This document shows, piece by piece, positions 53,822 through 64,000 of a DNA stretch of 64,000 bases. A program made the translations under genes and the position numbers. Every line of letters starts with the position of its first letter. Within the stretch, counting starts at the first letter, position 1. The DNA is from Candidatus Poribacteria bacterium (GTDB lineage Bacteria > Poribacteria > WGA-4E > WGA-3G). A model generated the notes under the pieces. It was not told where the DNA came from. It saw nothing but the letters and a program-made list of their open reading frames with translations, and searched no databases. The stretch covers positions 576,001-640,000 of the forward strand of contig CBDANF010000003.1 in NCBI GenBank assembly GCA_965197475.1. The letters are read 5' to 3'.

Positions 53822-55138
53822 ATGAAAACAGGTTTTTTCTGTAGGCGACTTTCCTCGTCCCGCTTTAATCACAAACTGCATTCGCTTCTACTAATCGGCG
53901 CAATGCTCTTCACGTTCCTCGTTAGTTCCCCTCTTGCACAAACAGACGTTCAAAATCTTGCCGTTGTTGTGAATGCGTTAGAAAAAGATGACATGAATAT
54001 CACCTCTTCACTTTCAATTATTGATCTGGACGAACCCGATCTGAAACGCGCAATTGATCGTGAAGTTATTACTATAGGCGATGTGCCGAGTGATATTCTC
54101 ATCCATGGACATCTTGCATACATCTCTCGTTTCGATTGGCTTTCTGGTTATTCTAACGACAGTATTTTAATTGTCAATCTGGAACGGCGCGAGATTGCTG
54201 GCGTAATCCCGATTCAATCTGGGGCATATCCACAAAGTCTCGCGCTTGTGAATCCGAATAAGATGTATGTTACCTGCGATAACGCGCATCAGGTGCATGT
54301 CGTTGACATCGGCAGTCGCAGTGTGACCAATATTATTACAGATCCATCCTTCAACAAAACCACCGGCATTACGATTCTCAACGGAAAGGCTTATGTGACC
54401 AATCCAGCTTGGGAGTTGGATGCGGCAACGGGTAAAACCGTCTATCACCAAAGTAGTGTCACTGTAATAGATACACAGACAGACTCGGTATTGAAATCTA
54501 TCTCAATGCCCAGCAATGCTGGTGGAATTCTCAACGATGGTGGCTCCACCGTAATTGTAAAGACAACAGGCGATTACAATCTGATTTCCGGCAAACTTGT
54601 TCTAATTGACACTACTACCGATGAAGTTATCAAAACAGTTGACCTTCGGATGACTCCAGGGTCTTTTGCAATCAATTCAGAGAAACAGGTATTTATCCAA
54701 GGCGGATGGTTGAACCCCGGTCTACTGATCTATGATGTGCCAACCCAAAAGTGGATTCGAAACATAAAGTGGATTCGAAACATAAATAATATACTCGCCG
54801 AGTTCGGTGGTGGGGCAGGGATGGCTTTTGGACAAGATGGAAACCTCTACATCACTAAACCGAATTGGGGGCTCGGTGAACTATCTACTATGCTCGTTAT
54901 GAGACCAGATGAGACACTCGTCAAAACATACCAACTCGGACACGGCACGGATAAGGTAGCACTTGTGCAAATTGTGCCGCGCGATGAGGATGTAAACGAC
55001 GATGGTTTTGTTAACATAAAAGACCTCGTCATAGTCAGTCAGGATTTCGGTCAAAGAGGTCCCGGCATACTTGGTGATGTTAACAAGGATGGTGAGGTTA
55101 ACATCCGTGATTTAATCCTTGTTGCTCAGAATTTCTAA
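53822..55138 (+). CDS. YncE/BtuG-like beta-propeller protein with a C-terminal dockerin-like duplicated EF-hand; probable B12-binding
   Basis: K.YVT repeats, VIDT.TD.V.K.I; DVNDDGFVNIKDL / DVNKDGEVNIRDL; under the B12 riboswitch. Confidence 0.7.
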   Translation: MKTGFFCRRLSSSRFNHKLHSLLLIGAMLFTFLVSSPLAQTDVQNLAVVVNALEKDDMNITSSLSIIDLDEPDLKRAIDREVITIGDVPSDILIHGHLAYISRFDWLSGYSNDSILIVNLERREIAGVIPIQSGAYPQSLALVNPNKMYVTCDNAHQVHVVDIGSRSVTNIITDPSFNKTTGITILNGKAYVTNPAWELDAATGKTVYHQSSVTVIDTQTDSVLKSISMPSNAGGILNDGGSTVIVKTTGDYNLISGKLVLIDTTTDEVIKTVDLRMTPGSFAINSEKQVFIQGGWLNPGLLIYDVPTQKWIRNIKWIRNINNILAEFGGGAGMAFGQDGNLYITKPNWGLGELSTMLVMRPDETLVKTYQLGHGTDKVALVQIVPRDEDVNDDGFVNIKDLVIVSQDFGQRGPGILGDVNKDGEVNIRDLILVAQNF

Positions 55139-55297
55139 ACGCGAGTAGTAGGTGTGCGTATAGAATGGAAAACATCCTTGCTTTAGTACTATTGTAGTAA
55201 ATTTCGAAAATATGTGAACACTTACTTCCCTATGTCGTAGCACAAACTGTTAGTCTTTGTTTCCGTATCTGCACAAACTGCACAAGAAGGTTTCGTT

Positions 55298-57217
55298 ATG
55301 GGTAAATGGTGGTTTTTGCTTTTTCTACCGATACTATGCATCGGTTGCACATCGGAAACACAAGAGGACGCACTATCATGGCAAATTACCTTTTTTCCTC
55401 TCGGTGCCAAAGTGCAGTTTGCCAACCAAGCACCGATTAAGCAGGTCTCTGCCTTCAATTCCGATGGCACAATGGTCGCACAACTCAATTTTCCCTTCCT
55501 GCCGCGACAGATAGAATCGCTCTATTTTGAGTGGCAGGAAGGAGAAACTTATAGATTTGAGGCGACTTCGTCCTCGGACCGTGTTAGCGTTCAAAGGGTG
55601 ACAGCACCGCGCGCATATTCCCGCGGCAGCTTGGAGATTGCTATCCCTTACGGTGCCGTAATGAAATCGGGTGCGCAAAATCGGTTGGGTGGCAATCAGA
55701 AGGCAGTTATCCTGCAAGGGAGCGAAATGACTGCCACAGTTATTGTCACAAATGGAAATGCTCCCGTCACCTTTGATCTGGAGTTATGCTTACCATCAAC
55801 ATTGGCTGTCGCTCGAATGCCAGTGGACTGGGAAGCAGAGACAACGGATATGGAAACCTGCCTTTCAACAACAGGGACGTTTAGCGTCACGTCGGAAGTC
55901 TGGTTTCGCGAATTAGTTTTAAAAACATCCGAAGTTTCAGAAGAAACACCGGATCAATCGGACATACAAGAAATTTCAGGTGTTGTCCGTTTTACGGCAA
56001 CCGATGAAGGGACATGGGAACAGAAAGCGACGGTGCAGCTGCGTATAGCGACCGTTCCAGAGATTGTTGAACATATTTCCATTGCATCAATTGGGATGCC
56101 TACGGATGCAGCAGGCATAGCAGATCGGAGGCAGCGAGAAGATACCATTTATCATCCTCGTCCTTTGTTCAGTGGGTTCGGAACGCCACAGACTGATGCA
56201 TACACTCCTGTAACCTACCAGACAATTCAGCTTAACAATCAGGGTAAAGAGACTATCCACGTGGTTGTTTCATCCATCAACCGCGATGTGAAAAGTGGGG
56301 AGGCAGTGCCGTTTCTCGCGCCGCCAGATGCAGTCAATGCTGGCACAGATCGGAGTATTAGTTTTGCCAGTTTACCGGGGGGAGAGCTGGCCTCTATCTC
56401 TTTGCCTATCTATTTTCACCCACAATCTGCTGAAGCCGGTGAATACGAACGTGAAATTGGTGTGAAGATATGGGGGAGTGACACGACAGTCCTGAGTGAA
56501 AAAAGACCACTTCACATCATCGTTCCAAACCGACACGCGTTGTTTGTGAGCGGATTGGCAATCATCGCTAGCTGCATCGGACTTGTAGTGCTACTTCGGT
56601 TTCACAGCCAATTCTTTCTCCGTTTCACGACCAAACAACTCATTGTTATAGCACTATTCGGCACAACGATATTTGTGACAGTCGTAGTGCCATCAACACT
56701 ATTTTTGAACCTTATCCGCGTGATACTTGGACCTATCTCTGTTCTACTGACGGGATTGATTAATGAAACGCTCTACTATGCATTGCTCACAGCATTGTTA
56801 ATCTATATTTATGGTGCCTTCGGTGATAAGACACCGCAAGGTTCCGATGCCTCGCAAACCTACGGTAAAGGCGGTGTCATCTTGCTCGTCTCTGCTGTTC
56901 GTTTACTTCTTGGTGCTGTTACGTTCGGGCTTTTCACACCGATGACTATTATCTACACAGGGACAAGTGTTCTACTGCTTGAAACAGGGTTTCTGCTTGT
57001 CCGAAGGCGTGGCCTGCTTGCATGGGCACTTGTTCTCGGTATCTGCGATGCAATTGCTGTGTATGTCGATTTTCAACTCTCTATCCTATTTTATCGTCTC
57101 TTTTTCGCAGATTGGTATATTTGGCTGCGAATTCTTGTTGAAGGGTTCGCGTATACATTTATCGGTGTACTGCTTGGAGCGAGATTAGGTCGCGGATTGT
57201 GGCGAGTGGCGGATTAA
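55298..57217 (+). CDS. Lipoprotein-like extracytoplasmic domain fused to a multi-TM domain resembling an ECF-transporter S component
   Basis: LCIGC lipobox-like motif; C-terminal FTTKQLIVIALF followed by ~6 TM segments. Confidence 0.55.
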   Translation: MGKWWFLLFLPILCIGCTSETQEDALSWQITFFPLGAKVQFANQAPIKQVSAFNSDGTMVAQLNFPFLPRQIESLYFEWQEGETYRFEATSSSDRVSVQRVTAPRAYSRGSLEIAIPYGAVMKSGAQNRLGGNQKAVILQGSEMTATVIVTNGNAPVTFDLELCLPSTLAVARMPVDWEAETTDMETCLSTTGTFSVTSEVWFRELVLKTSEVSEETPDQSDIQEISGVVRFTATDEGTWEQKATVQLRIATVPEIVEHISIASIGMPTDAAGIADRRQREDTIYHPRPLFSGFGTPQTDAYTPVTYQTIQLNNQGKETIHVVVSSINRDVKSGEAVPFLAPPDAVNAGTDRSISFASLPGGELASISLPIYFHPQSAEAGEYEREIGVKIWGSDTTVLSEKRPLHIIVPNRHALFVSGLAIIASCIGLVVLLRFHSQFFLRFTTKQLIVIALFGTTIFVTVVVPSTLFLNLIRVILGPISVLLTGLINETLYYALLTALLIYIYGAFGDKTPQGSDASQTYGKGGVILLVSAVRLLLGAVTFGLFTPMTIIYTGTSVLLLETGFLLVRRRGLLAWALVLGICDAIAVYVDFQLSILFYRLFFADWYIWLRILVEGFAYTFIGVLLGARLGRGLWRVAD

Positions 57218-57388
57218 TTGTGGGTATTCATAAATAAACGATCCCATTCTAAACCAATGTATAATTGAGTAATGTGAGAGTTAATTGTCTGAGCCAGGAT
57301 TCACAGGATTTTAGGATTTCCAAGATTATGAATCAACACTAAATGCGCTTATAGCACTGGTTGGGTTTCACGTTGTTCTATCCAACTT

Positions 57389-57513
57389 ATACCATTTCTA
57401 TTTGAAAAACTTACATAACGACTATTCTTTAAAAGTCCCCCTGATAAGGGGGACTTAGGGGGTTTCTTCCACGGACAAATCCCTAATGAAAGATAATTTA
57501 TTAGAAATGGTAT
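57389..57513. mobile_element. MITE-like unit, TIR ATACCATTTCTA, carrying a CCCCCTGATAAGGGGG palindrome
   Basis: ATACCATTTCTA ... TAGAAATGGTAT. Confidence 0.6.
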
Positions 57514-57712
57514 TACACTTGATTCCTCATTTCGGACTCACGTTAAATTTGTGTATTTGTCTGGGCGGTGCTGAATGTCGACCTTTCTACCTCTCTCCTT
57601 CTCTCTTTGCTCAAATTTCCCTTTTTTGCAGAATTGTGAAACTTTTTCACTTCAAGTCGCGTCACTATATGTTGATGTGAAATGATGAACTTCCCTTTTT
57701 CAGAGGTGTCTG

Positions 57713-60688
57713 ATGAAGAATGACGATGCGAAACTCATTCAACGTGTCCTTGATGGCGATGATACTGCGTTCTCCGCGCTTGTGAAAAAATATCAGAAGC
57801 AGGTTCACGCGCTTGTGTGGCGGAAGATTGGAGATTTCCACATCGCCGAGGAGCTTACGCAAGACACCTTTCTGAAAGCATACAAGAAATTGGATGCGCT
57901 GAAGAAACCTCAGCGTTTCGCCAGTTGGCTCTATGTGATAGTGACAAACCACTGCAAGTCGTGGCTTCGTAAAAAGCGTTTGCGGATGCAGTCGCTGGAA
58001 GATACGAGTAGTTCGCAGTTTGAAAAAGCGACGTATTCACAATATGTCATTGAGGAAAACGAGCGAACAGTAGCGGAAGCACAGCGCGAGGTCGTCAAGA
58101 AGTTACTCGCGAAGTTACAGGAGAGTGATCGAACTGTCATTACGCTCTACTATCTTGGCGGAATGACGTATGAGGAGATAAGCGAGTTTTTAGGTGTATC
58201 GGTAAGTGCGATTAAGAATCGTCTCTACCGTGCGCGGCAACGTTTAAAGAAGGAGGAACCGATGATTAGAGAAGCACTCGACCATTTCCAAATTTCACCT
58301 AACCTAACCGATAACATTATGCGAGAGGTGGCACAACTTAAACCCGCTGTTCCCGCAGGCAGTAAGCCGCTTGTGCCCTGGGCAGTTGCTGCTTCAAGTG
58401 CCGTTTTGATTGTGTTAATGCTTGGCATCGGCAGTCAATACTTGGCACGTTTTCAGAAACCTTATAGTTATGATGCGCAAGCTGAGATGACGGTTGAACT
58501 TATTGACACACCTATTGTACTAAATATAGACGCGAAGCCGGATGTACGTCGTCAATTTGGGAATTTAAATGCACTTGGTAGAAGTGATAATGACGGTCAG
58601 AAACCGGATGAGGAATTGTTGGCTGCGCAGGCCGATGGAGAGGACATTTCTGTCTCTAAACAGCAGTGGATTCAGTCAAAACCTACCGAGGGAACTATGG
58701 TAGAAGGTTTACTTGTGAGCTCTGATGGAAAACTTTACACGCTCGCTCGTGGGCACCTATACAAATTACAGGATGATAGAGAGGGATGGCAACACGTTAG
58801 TGACATGAGTTTAAAAACTGATGTTCCGCTTATTGGTATTCCTATGGCAGAGTGGGACAACACCCTCTATATTGTTCCATCAAATAAACTCTATGCTTCA
58901 AAGGATAATGGTAAAACGTGGAATTTAGTCCACGAATTCCCAGATAAATATAGTTTTCCAAACCAATTGTTACTGACTAAACAAGCCTTTTATATCGTAT
59001 ATGAAATTCACGGTGCTTTCCGTTCTGAGGATAAAGGCAAGACATGGAAAAATATAAACGATGAATTTCCCAGCGAACCTAATTATATTGTAACGGCCCA
59101 AGACACGGTATTTGCTTTAGCAGGTAATGTCTATCGCTGGAACTCCGGTAGTTGGCAACGTTTAGCAGAATTCCCAGTACCTCAAGCAAAGTCATGTTTT
59201 TCCATTACAGCAACCAAAGATAAGTTGTATGCATTCGCAGTTAATGCCTATTTTGATCCTGACAAAGCAGCGGAAGGTGAACGAGGTTGGTGGATATTTC
59301 GCTCAACTGACTTGGGAAATTCGTGGAAAGATATTACGCCAACACATGTCTGGAATGCAAGAGAGGGATGGAGAATCAATATAAAACTTATTGCTGCAGG
59401 TGAAACACTCTTTGCACTGGAACAAGGTATGGTGCGCTCTACCGATGGTGGAGATACATGGATGCCACTACAAGCACAAGGTGTTTCACCTACAATGTTT
59501 TCTAATTCTCCCGCCTTGGCATTGAACGAGCGTGTTTTTTATCTTGGCAGCCTTGATGAAGGACTTCAACGTTCTACTGATAGCGGTAAATCATGGGACG
59601 TGGTAAATGTTACTCCGGAAATGAGTGGGATAAGTAGTCTAATTGTGTTTAAAGAAGATGCTAAGGAGCGGAACATGCTTCCGATAATTTATGGAAGTAT
59701 TGGAGATATGCTAAAGACTGCTGACCAGGGTAAGTCTTGGACAACTATCCCAACCGTGTCAATGACAACACGGTATAGAGAAGAACCACTACAAATAACA
59801 CAAATAGTAAATTCTGGCGGTGTGATCTATGCAAAAGGATACAATTCTTTGATTTCTGAGCATGACATTAAAACAACACAAATATATCATCTATCTAAAG
59901 ATAGCAATACATTAGTGCCGATTCAAGACATGCCCATATTTGACCCATGGATAGGGAGCCAACTATCTCAAAGAAAACTTGACATGTCAGATGAAGCGTT
60001 CGCTGAACAATTGCAAGAAAGATTCTCTGGTGCAACGGTGTTCTTCAGACAATTAGTTGAAAAAAATTAGCAACAGCAAAGAGGACTTCGCCGATCTGGG
60101 TTGCGTGGTGCGTTTGCCGTGAGTGGCGACACGTTCTACATAGAATACAATTTTAAGCTTTTTCGATGGGAACCCGGGGATACAGAATGGCAGGATATCG
60201 GTGTTGAAGAAACCGATGAATTATCTTTGAACATAGGAAGAAATCTCAAACTTGCAGTTTCAGGTGATACAGTTTATGCCGGGAAACGGGATGGACACCT
60301 TGTCGTATCGTATGATAGGGGAAATAATTGGATTGATCTAACACCTGCACTACCGTTTTCTGTTGAAGTTTTCAAAGAGATTATGGTTGCTGGATCTACC
60401 GTATATGTAGCAACGGACGCAGGTATTATTACATCAGATGATGGTAGAAATTGGCGAGTCGTCGCTGATGCAGAGGGCACTAATCTCATCATGGAACACT
60501 TGGCTGTTGACGGCACAACGCTTTTTGGCATCACTAAAGGGACAGGTATCTATCGCTTAAAAAACGGTACTTGGGAACAGGTTGTTTCAGAAATACCAGA
60601 AGGTATAACTTCTCTTGCTGTTGACGAAAACACGTTATACGTAGGCACTAAAAGAAACGGTATGCTTCATTTCAATCTTGAAGAATAA
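57713..60688 (+). CDS. ECF sigma-TM-BNR/Asp-box propeller fusion interrupted by an in-frame TAG at 60068-60070
   Basis: Sigma domain, TM, S.D.G.TW repeats; reading frame continues after TAG to TAA 60688 with homology to the next paralogue. Confidence 0.85.
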
Positions 60689-60852
60689 TGTTCCTTGTTA
60701 GGACGGTGCCAAATGCCACCCTTCTTATCTCTATCCACCTTTTCCTCCAAAAATTTCTCTTTTTGCAGAATTATGCAACCGTTTTGCCTCTAACTTGCGT
60801 CACTATAGTTTGATATGTGATTAATCAAACTATCGCTTTCTGGAGACACCTG

Positions 60853-63800
60853 ATGAAACACGACGATGTTGCACTTATCAGACGAATTCTCGCTGGTGAT
60901 GAACCCGCTTTCGCTGAGCTTGTAAAAAAATACCAAAAGCCGGTTCACGCACTGGCTTGGCGGAAGCTTGGAGATTTCCACATCGCCGAAGAGATAACGC
61001 AAGATGCCTTTCTGAAAGTGTATCAGAGACTTCACACCCTGAAAGATCCGCGCCAGTTTTCCGGATGGCTCTATGTGATTACGACAAACCTATGCGCCAC
61101 ATGGCTCCGCAAAAAACGGATACAAACGCAACCTTTAGACGGTTCAGAAATAACGATGGCGGATTCAGAAACAACGATGATTCAAAGAGATGCTTATTCC
61201 CTACATGTCGCAGAAGATCGTGCTAAAACTGTTGTTGAAGCACAACGCGAAGTCGTCAAGAAGCTGCTTGCAAAGTTGAAAGAGAGTGAACGCACAGTGA
61301 TGACGCTCCACTACCTCGGTGAAATGACATGTGAAGAGATTAGCAAGTTTTTGGGGGTGTCTGCGGGGACAATTAAAAGTCGCCTGCAACGTGCGCGGCA
61401 CCGTTTACAAAAGGAGGAAACGATGATTAGAGAAGCACTCGACCATTTTAAAATTTCACCGAACTTAACCGATAACATTATGCGAGAAATCGCACGACTT
61501 AAACCGGCTGCACCTACTGGCAGCAAACCTTTGATGCCGTGGGCAGTTGCTGCATCAAGTGCAATTTTGATTGTGTTGATACTTGGCATAGGCAGCCAAT
61601 ACTTAGTCCGTTTTCAGCAACCCTATAGTTTGGATGCGCAAGCTGAGACAACAGTTGAACTCGTTGACGCGCCTATTGTGCTAAATCTTGAGGTGAAGCC
61701 CGATGTACGTCGTCAACTTGGGAATTCAAATGCACTTGGTGAAAACGATAGCCGTGGAGAAAAACCTGATGAAGTTTTATTGGCTGCCGCACAAGCAGAA
61801 GGAGAAGACACTTCTGCTCAAAAACAGGAATGGATTCAGGGAAACGTACCCGAAATGGGAACCTATATGGGTGCTCTATTTCTTACACCCGATGGGGAAA
61901 TCTACTTAGTTCACCCCGGTAAATATATCTATAAACTGCTTGTTGATAGATCTGAATTACAGCTTGTAAAAGACGTTGGTAAACTTGCAACAGGATGGGA
62001 TGATAAAGTCCCTCTGGCAAAATTGAACGACAAGCTATATGTTGTAATTAATGATGAACTATTTAGTTCTACAGATGATGGTAAAACGTTACAATCAGTC
62101 GGTAAATGTCCAGAAGGCAACGTACGTGATTTAGTAATAACGGACGAAGTGTTTTACCTTGTCCACGAAGATAGTATTTTCTCCTCTACAGACTCTGGAA
62201 AGACGTGGACTCCAGTGGTGGATAAAGGTTTGTCAGGTAGATTAAATTCGTTGGATGCAATTCAAAACACACTATTTGCTTCTACAGACACAGGCCTGTA
62301 CCGTCTTAATGCAGGCAATTGGGAACGTTTGCAATTTCCGGTGGATGGAGCCGATGTTTTCACTTCGTTTGCAGGAACTGAAAACAGTCTCTATGTGAAG
62401 GCAGAATTACATTTTGAAAAGAATGATTGGAAAAAACAGTCCTGGTGGATTTTTCGCTCAACCGATAACGGAGATTCGTGGACAGATATAACGCCTACAA
62501 ATGCCTGGCATTTTATTGGGGAACCTCCCGCTGTAGAACTTGCCGCAGCGGGAAAAACAGTTTTAGTGATCGGCAAAAGCGATGGTTTTGTAGCACGTTC
62601 AATTGACAACGGAAACACATGGACACTTGTGGAAAACACCGGCATTCCCATTTCAAGTAGTGGTATTTCACAGGTAGTGGCTATTAATGAACGTACATAT
62701 TTTTCATCTGGCAATTCTGGAATATTGCACTCGGTTGATGGGGGACTATCGTGGGAGCGGTTTAATATTGGCATGGATGGCAGAATAGACAACCTAATAT
62801 TCATTCGAAATAATAATGTGCAAAATCCTTCAAGAACCTTCTACGCTCTGATTCTCAGCGACATATATAAATCCAGTGACAGTGGAAAATCTTGGCGAGT
62901 GATCAATCCAAAGAGACAAATCACGGAATTTAAGCCTAATCAGGAAGCACCTCCGAAATTTACTCAGATCGGTGAATCCGATGGAATTCTCTATGCAAAA
63001 TTTGGTGGAAGATCTCTTAGGGATGAAGAAGCTGGTATATATCGGATATCTATAGATGGTGCAAACTTTGTTCCGATTCAAGGTATGCCTCTCCTTAACT
63101 CACAGAAAATAAAAAGCCTGGTATCACAGCGATTCCAAGGTCGTCTGAATATGTCAGACAAGTCCTTTTTTGAGAATTTGAAAGAGAATGGCTTCGGTTC
63201 GACTCAGTTTTTCAAACAGTTAGCACGAGGGGAAATTCAGAAGCAAGATGGACAAATTAAGACACAACTATATACTGAACAAGTTACTCTTATCAATTCG
63301 GGTTTAGGCGGTGAGTTTGCAGTCAGTGGCGACACATTCTACATGGTATACAATTTCAAACTCTTTAGATGGAGACCCGGTGATACAGAGTGGTACGACA
63401 CGGGTGTGGAAGAGACAGCGGAACTCACATATAAAAAAGTTGTAAAGGCATTAGAACGAGAAGGTTTGCCAAAGGAAAAGATTGGTGAAATCCTTATGTC
63501 TTGGCTGCGAGGATTAAAACTTGCGGTTTTAGGTGACATAGTCTACGTGGGAAAACGGGATGGACAGCTTGTCGTATCTTTTGATAAAGGTGACAATTGG
63601 ATTGATATCACCTACAATTTACCGTTTAAAGTTAAAGCCTTAAAAGATATCGTATTTGCGGGTTCCACGGTGTATGTAGCAACTGATGAAGGAGTTGTTA
63701 CATCAAGTGATGGAAAACGGTAGCAAGCCGTCACCGATTCAGAGGGAACGCCTATCAATATGAACAAACTGGCTGTTGATAGCACAACGCTTTATGGTGT

Positions 63801-63957
63801 TTCCAAAAGAACAGGTGTCTATCGCTTGGAAAGCGGCACTTGGAAACAGATCGTCTCTGAGGTGCCGATTCGTGTAAATTCCCTCGTTGTTGATGGGAAC
63901 ACGCTATACGTGGGAATACAAGAACGCGGTATGCTTCATTTCAATCTTGAAGAATAA
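60853..63957 (+). CDS. ECF sigma-TM-BNR/Asp-box propeller fusion interrupted by an in-frame TAG at 63721-63723
   Basis: Same architecture; TAG aligns with Trp of the paralogue (SDDGRNW vs SSDGKR*); ends GMLHFNLEE. Confidence 0.85.
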
Positions 63958-64000
63958 TAAAATTCGCATATTTTGTTGGGCGGTGCTAAATGCCGCCCTT

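Noticed and set aside
60068-63723. Genome-wide TAG reassignment
   Set aside because: TAG terminates rpsU and several other complete genes in this window.

Overview
Bacterial chromosomal window. The gene content fits Candidatus Poribacteria or a related sponge symbiont: ECF-sigma/TM/beta-propeller fusions, WD40 proteins ending in NYPNPFNPETWIP...TRKMLIRK, LTD and CotH proteins, and dense REP/MITE repeats. This assignment is inference. Housekeeping genes include a czcA/cusA-type RND pump, mutS, rpsU, tgt, an Fe3+ ABC transporter, an ECF/anti-sigma/RseB trio and a cobalamin-riboswitch operon. Five accessory structures stand out. (1) A MITE-end-bounded island (3015-7578, duplicated out to 16488) with a 9-bp target duplication. 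It carries a HEAT-protein + secreted M15-peptidase + GspC-like cassette in two near-identical copies that differ mainly in small co-varying patches, plus mosaic TPR genes and an IS1595 with passenger genes. (2) A ~2-kb element (47169-49172) encoding two DUF1670-like proteins with tyrosine-recombinase-like C-terminal motifs. It has 13-bp terminal IRs, a 7-7-7 core-site geometry, and an outward consensus promoter over a structured ~125-nt RNA. (3) A GxxExxY nuclease-fold gene enclosed by its own repeat family, with solo copies elsewhere in the window. (4) Two adjacent ECF-fusion paralogues, each split by an in-frame TAG-CAA. (5) A DtxR-like box and promoter separated from the iron transporter by ~1 kb of amplified repeats. 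All calls come from reading motifs by eye; no database searches were run.
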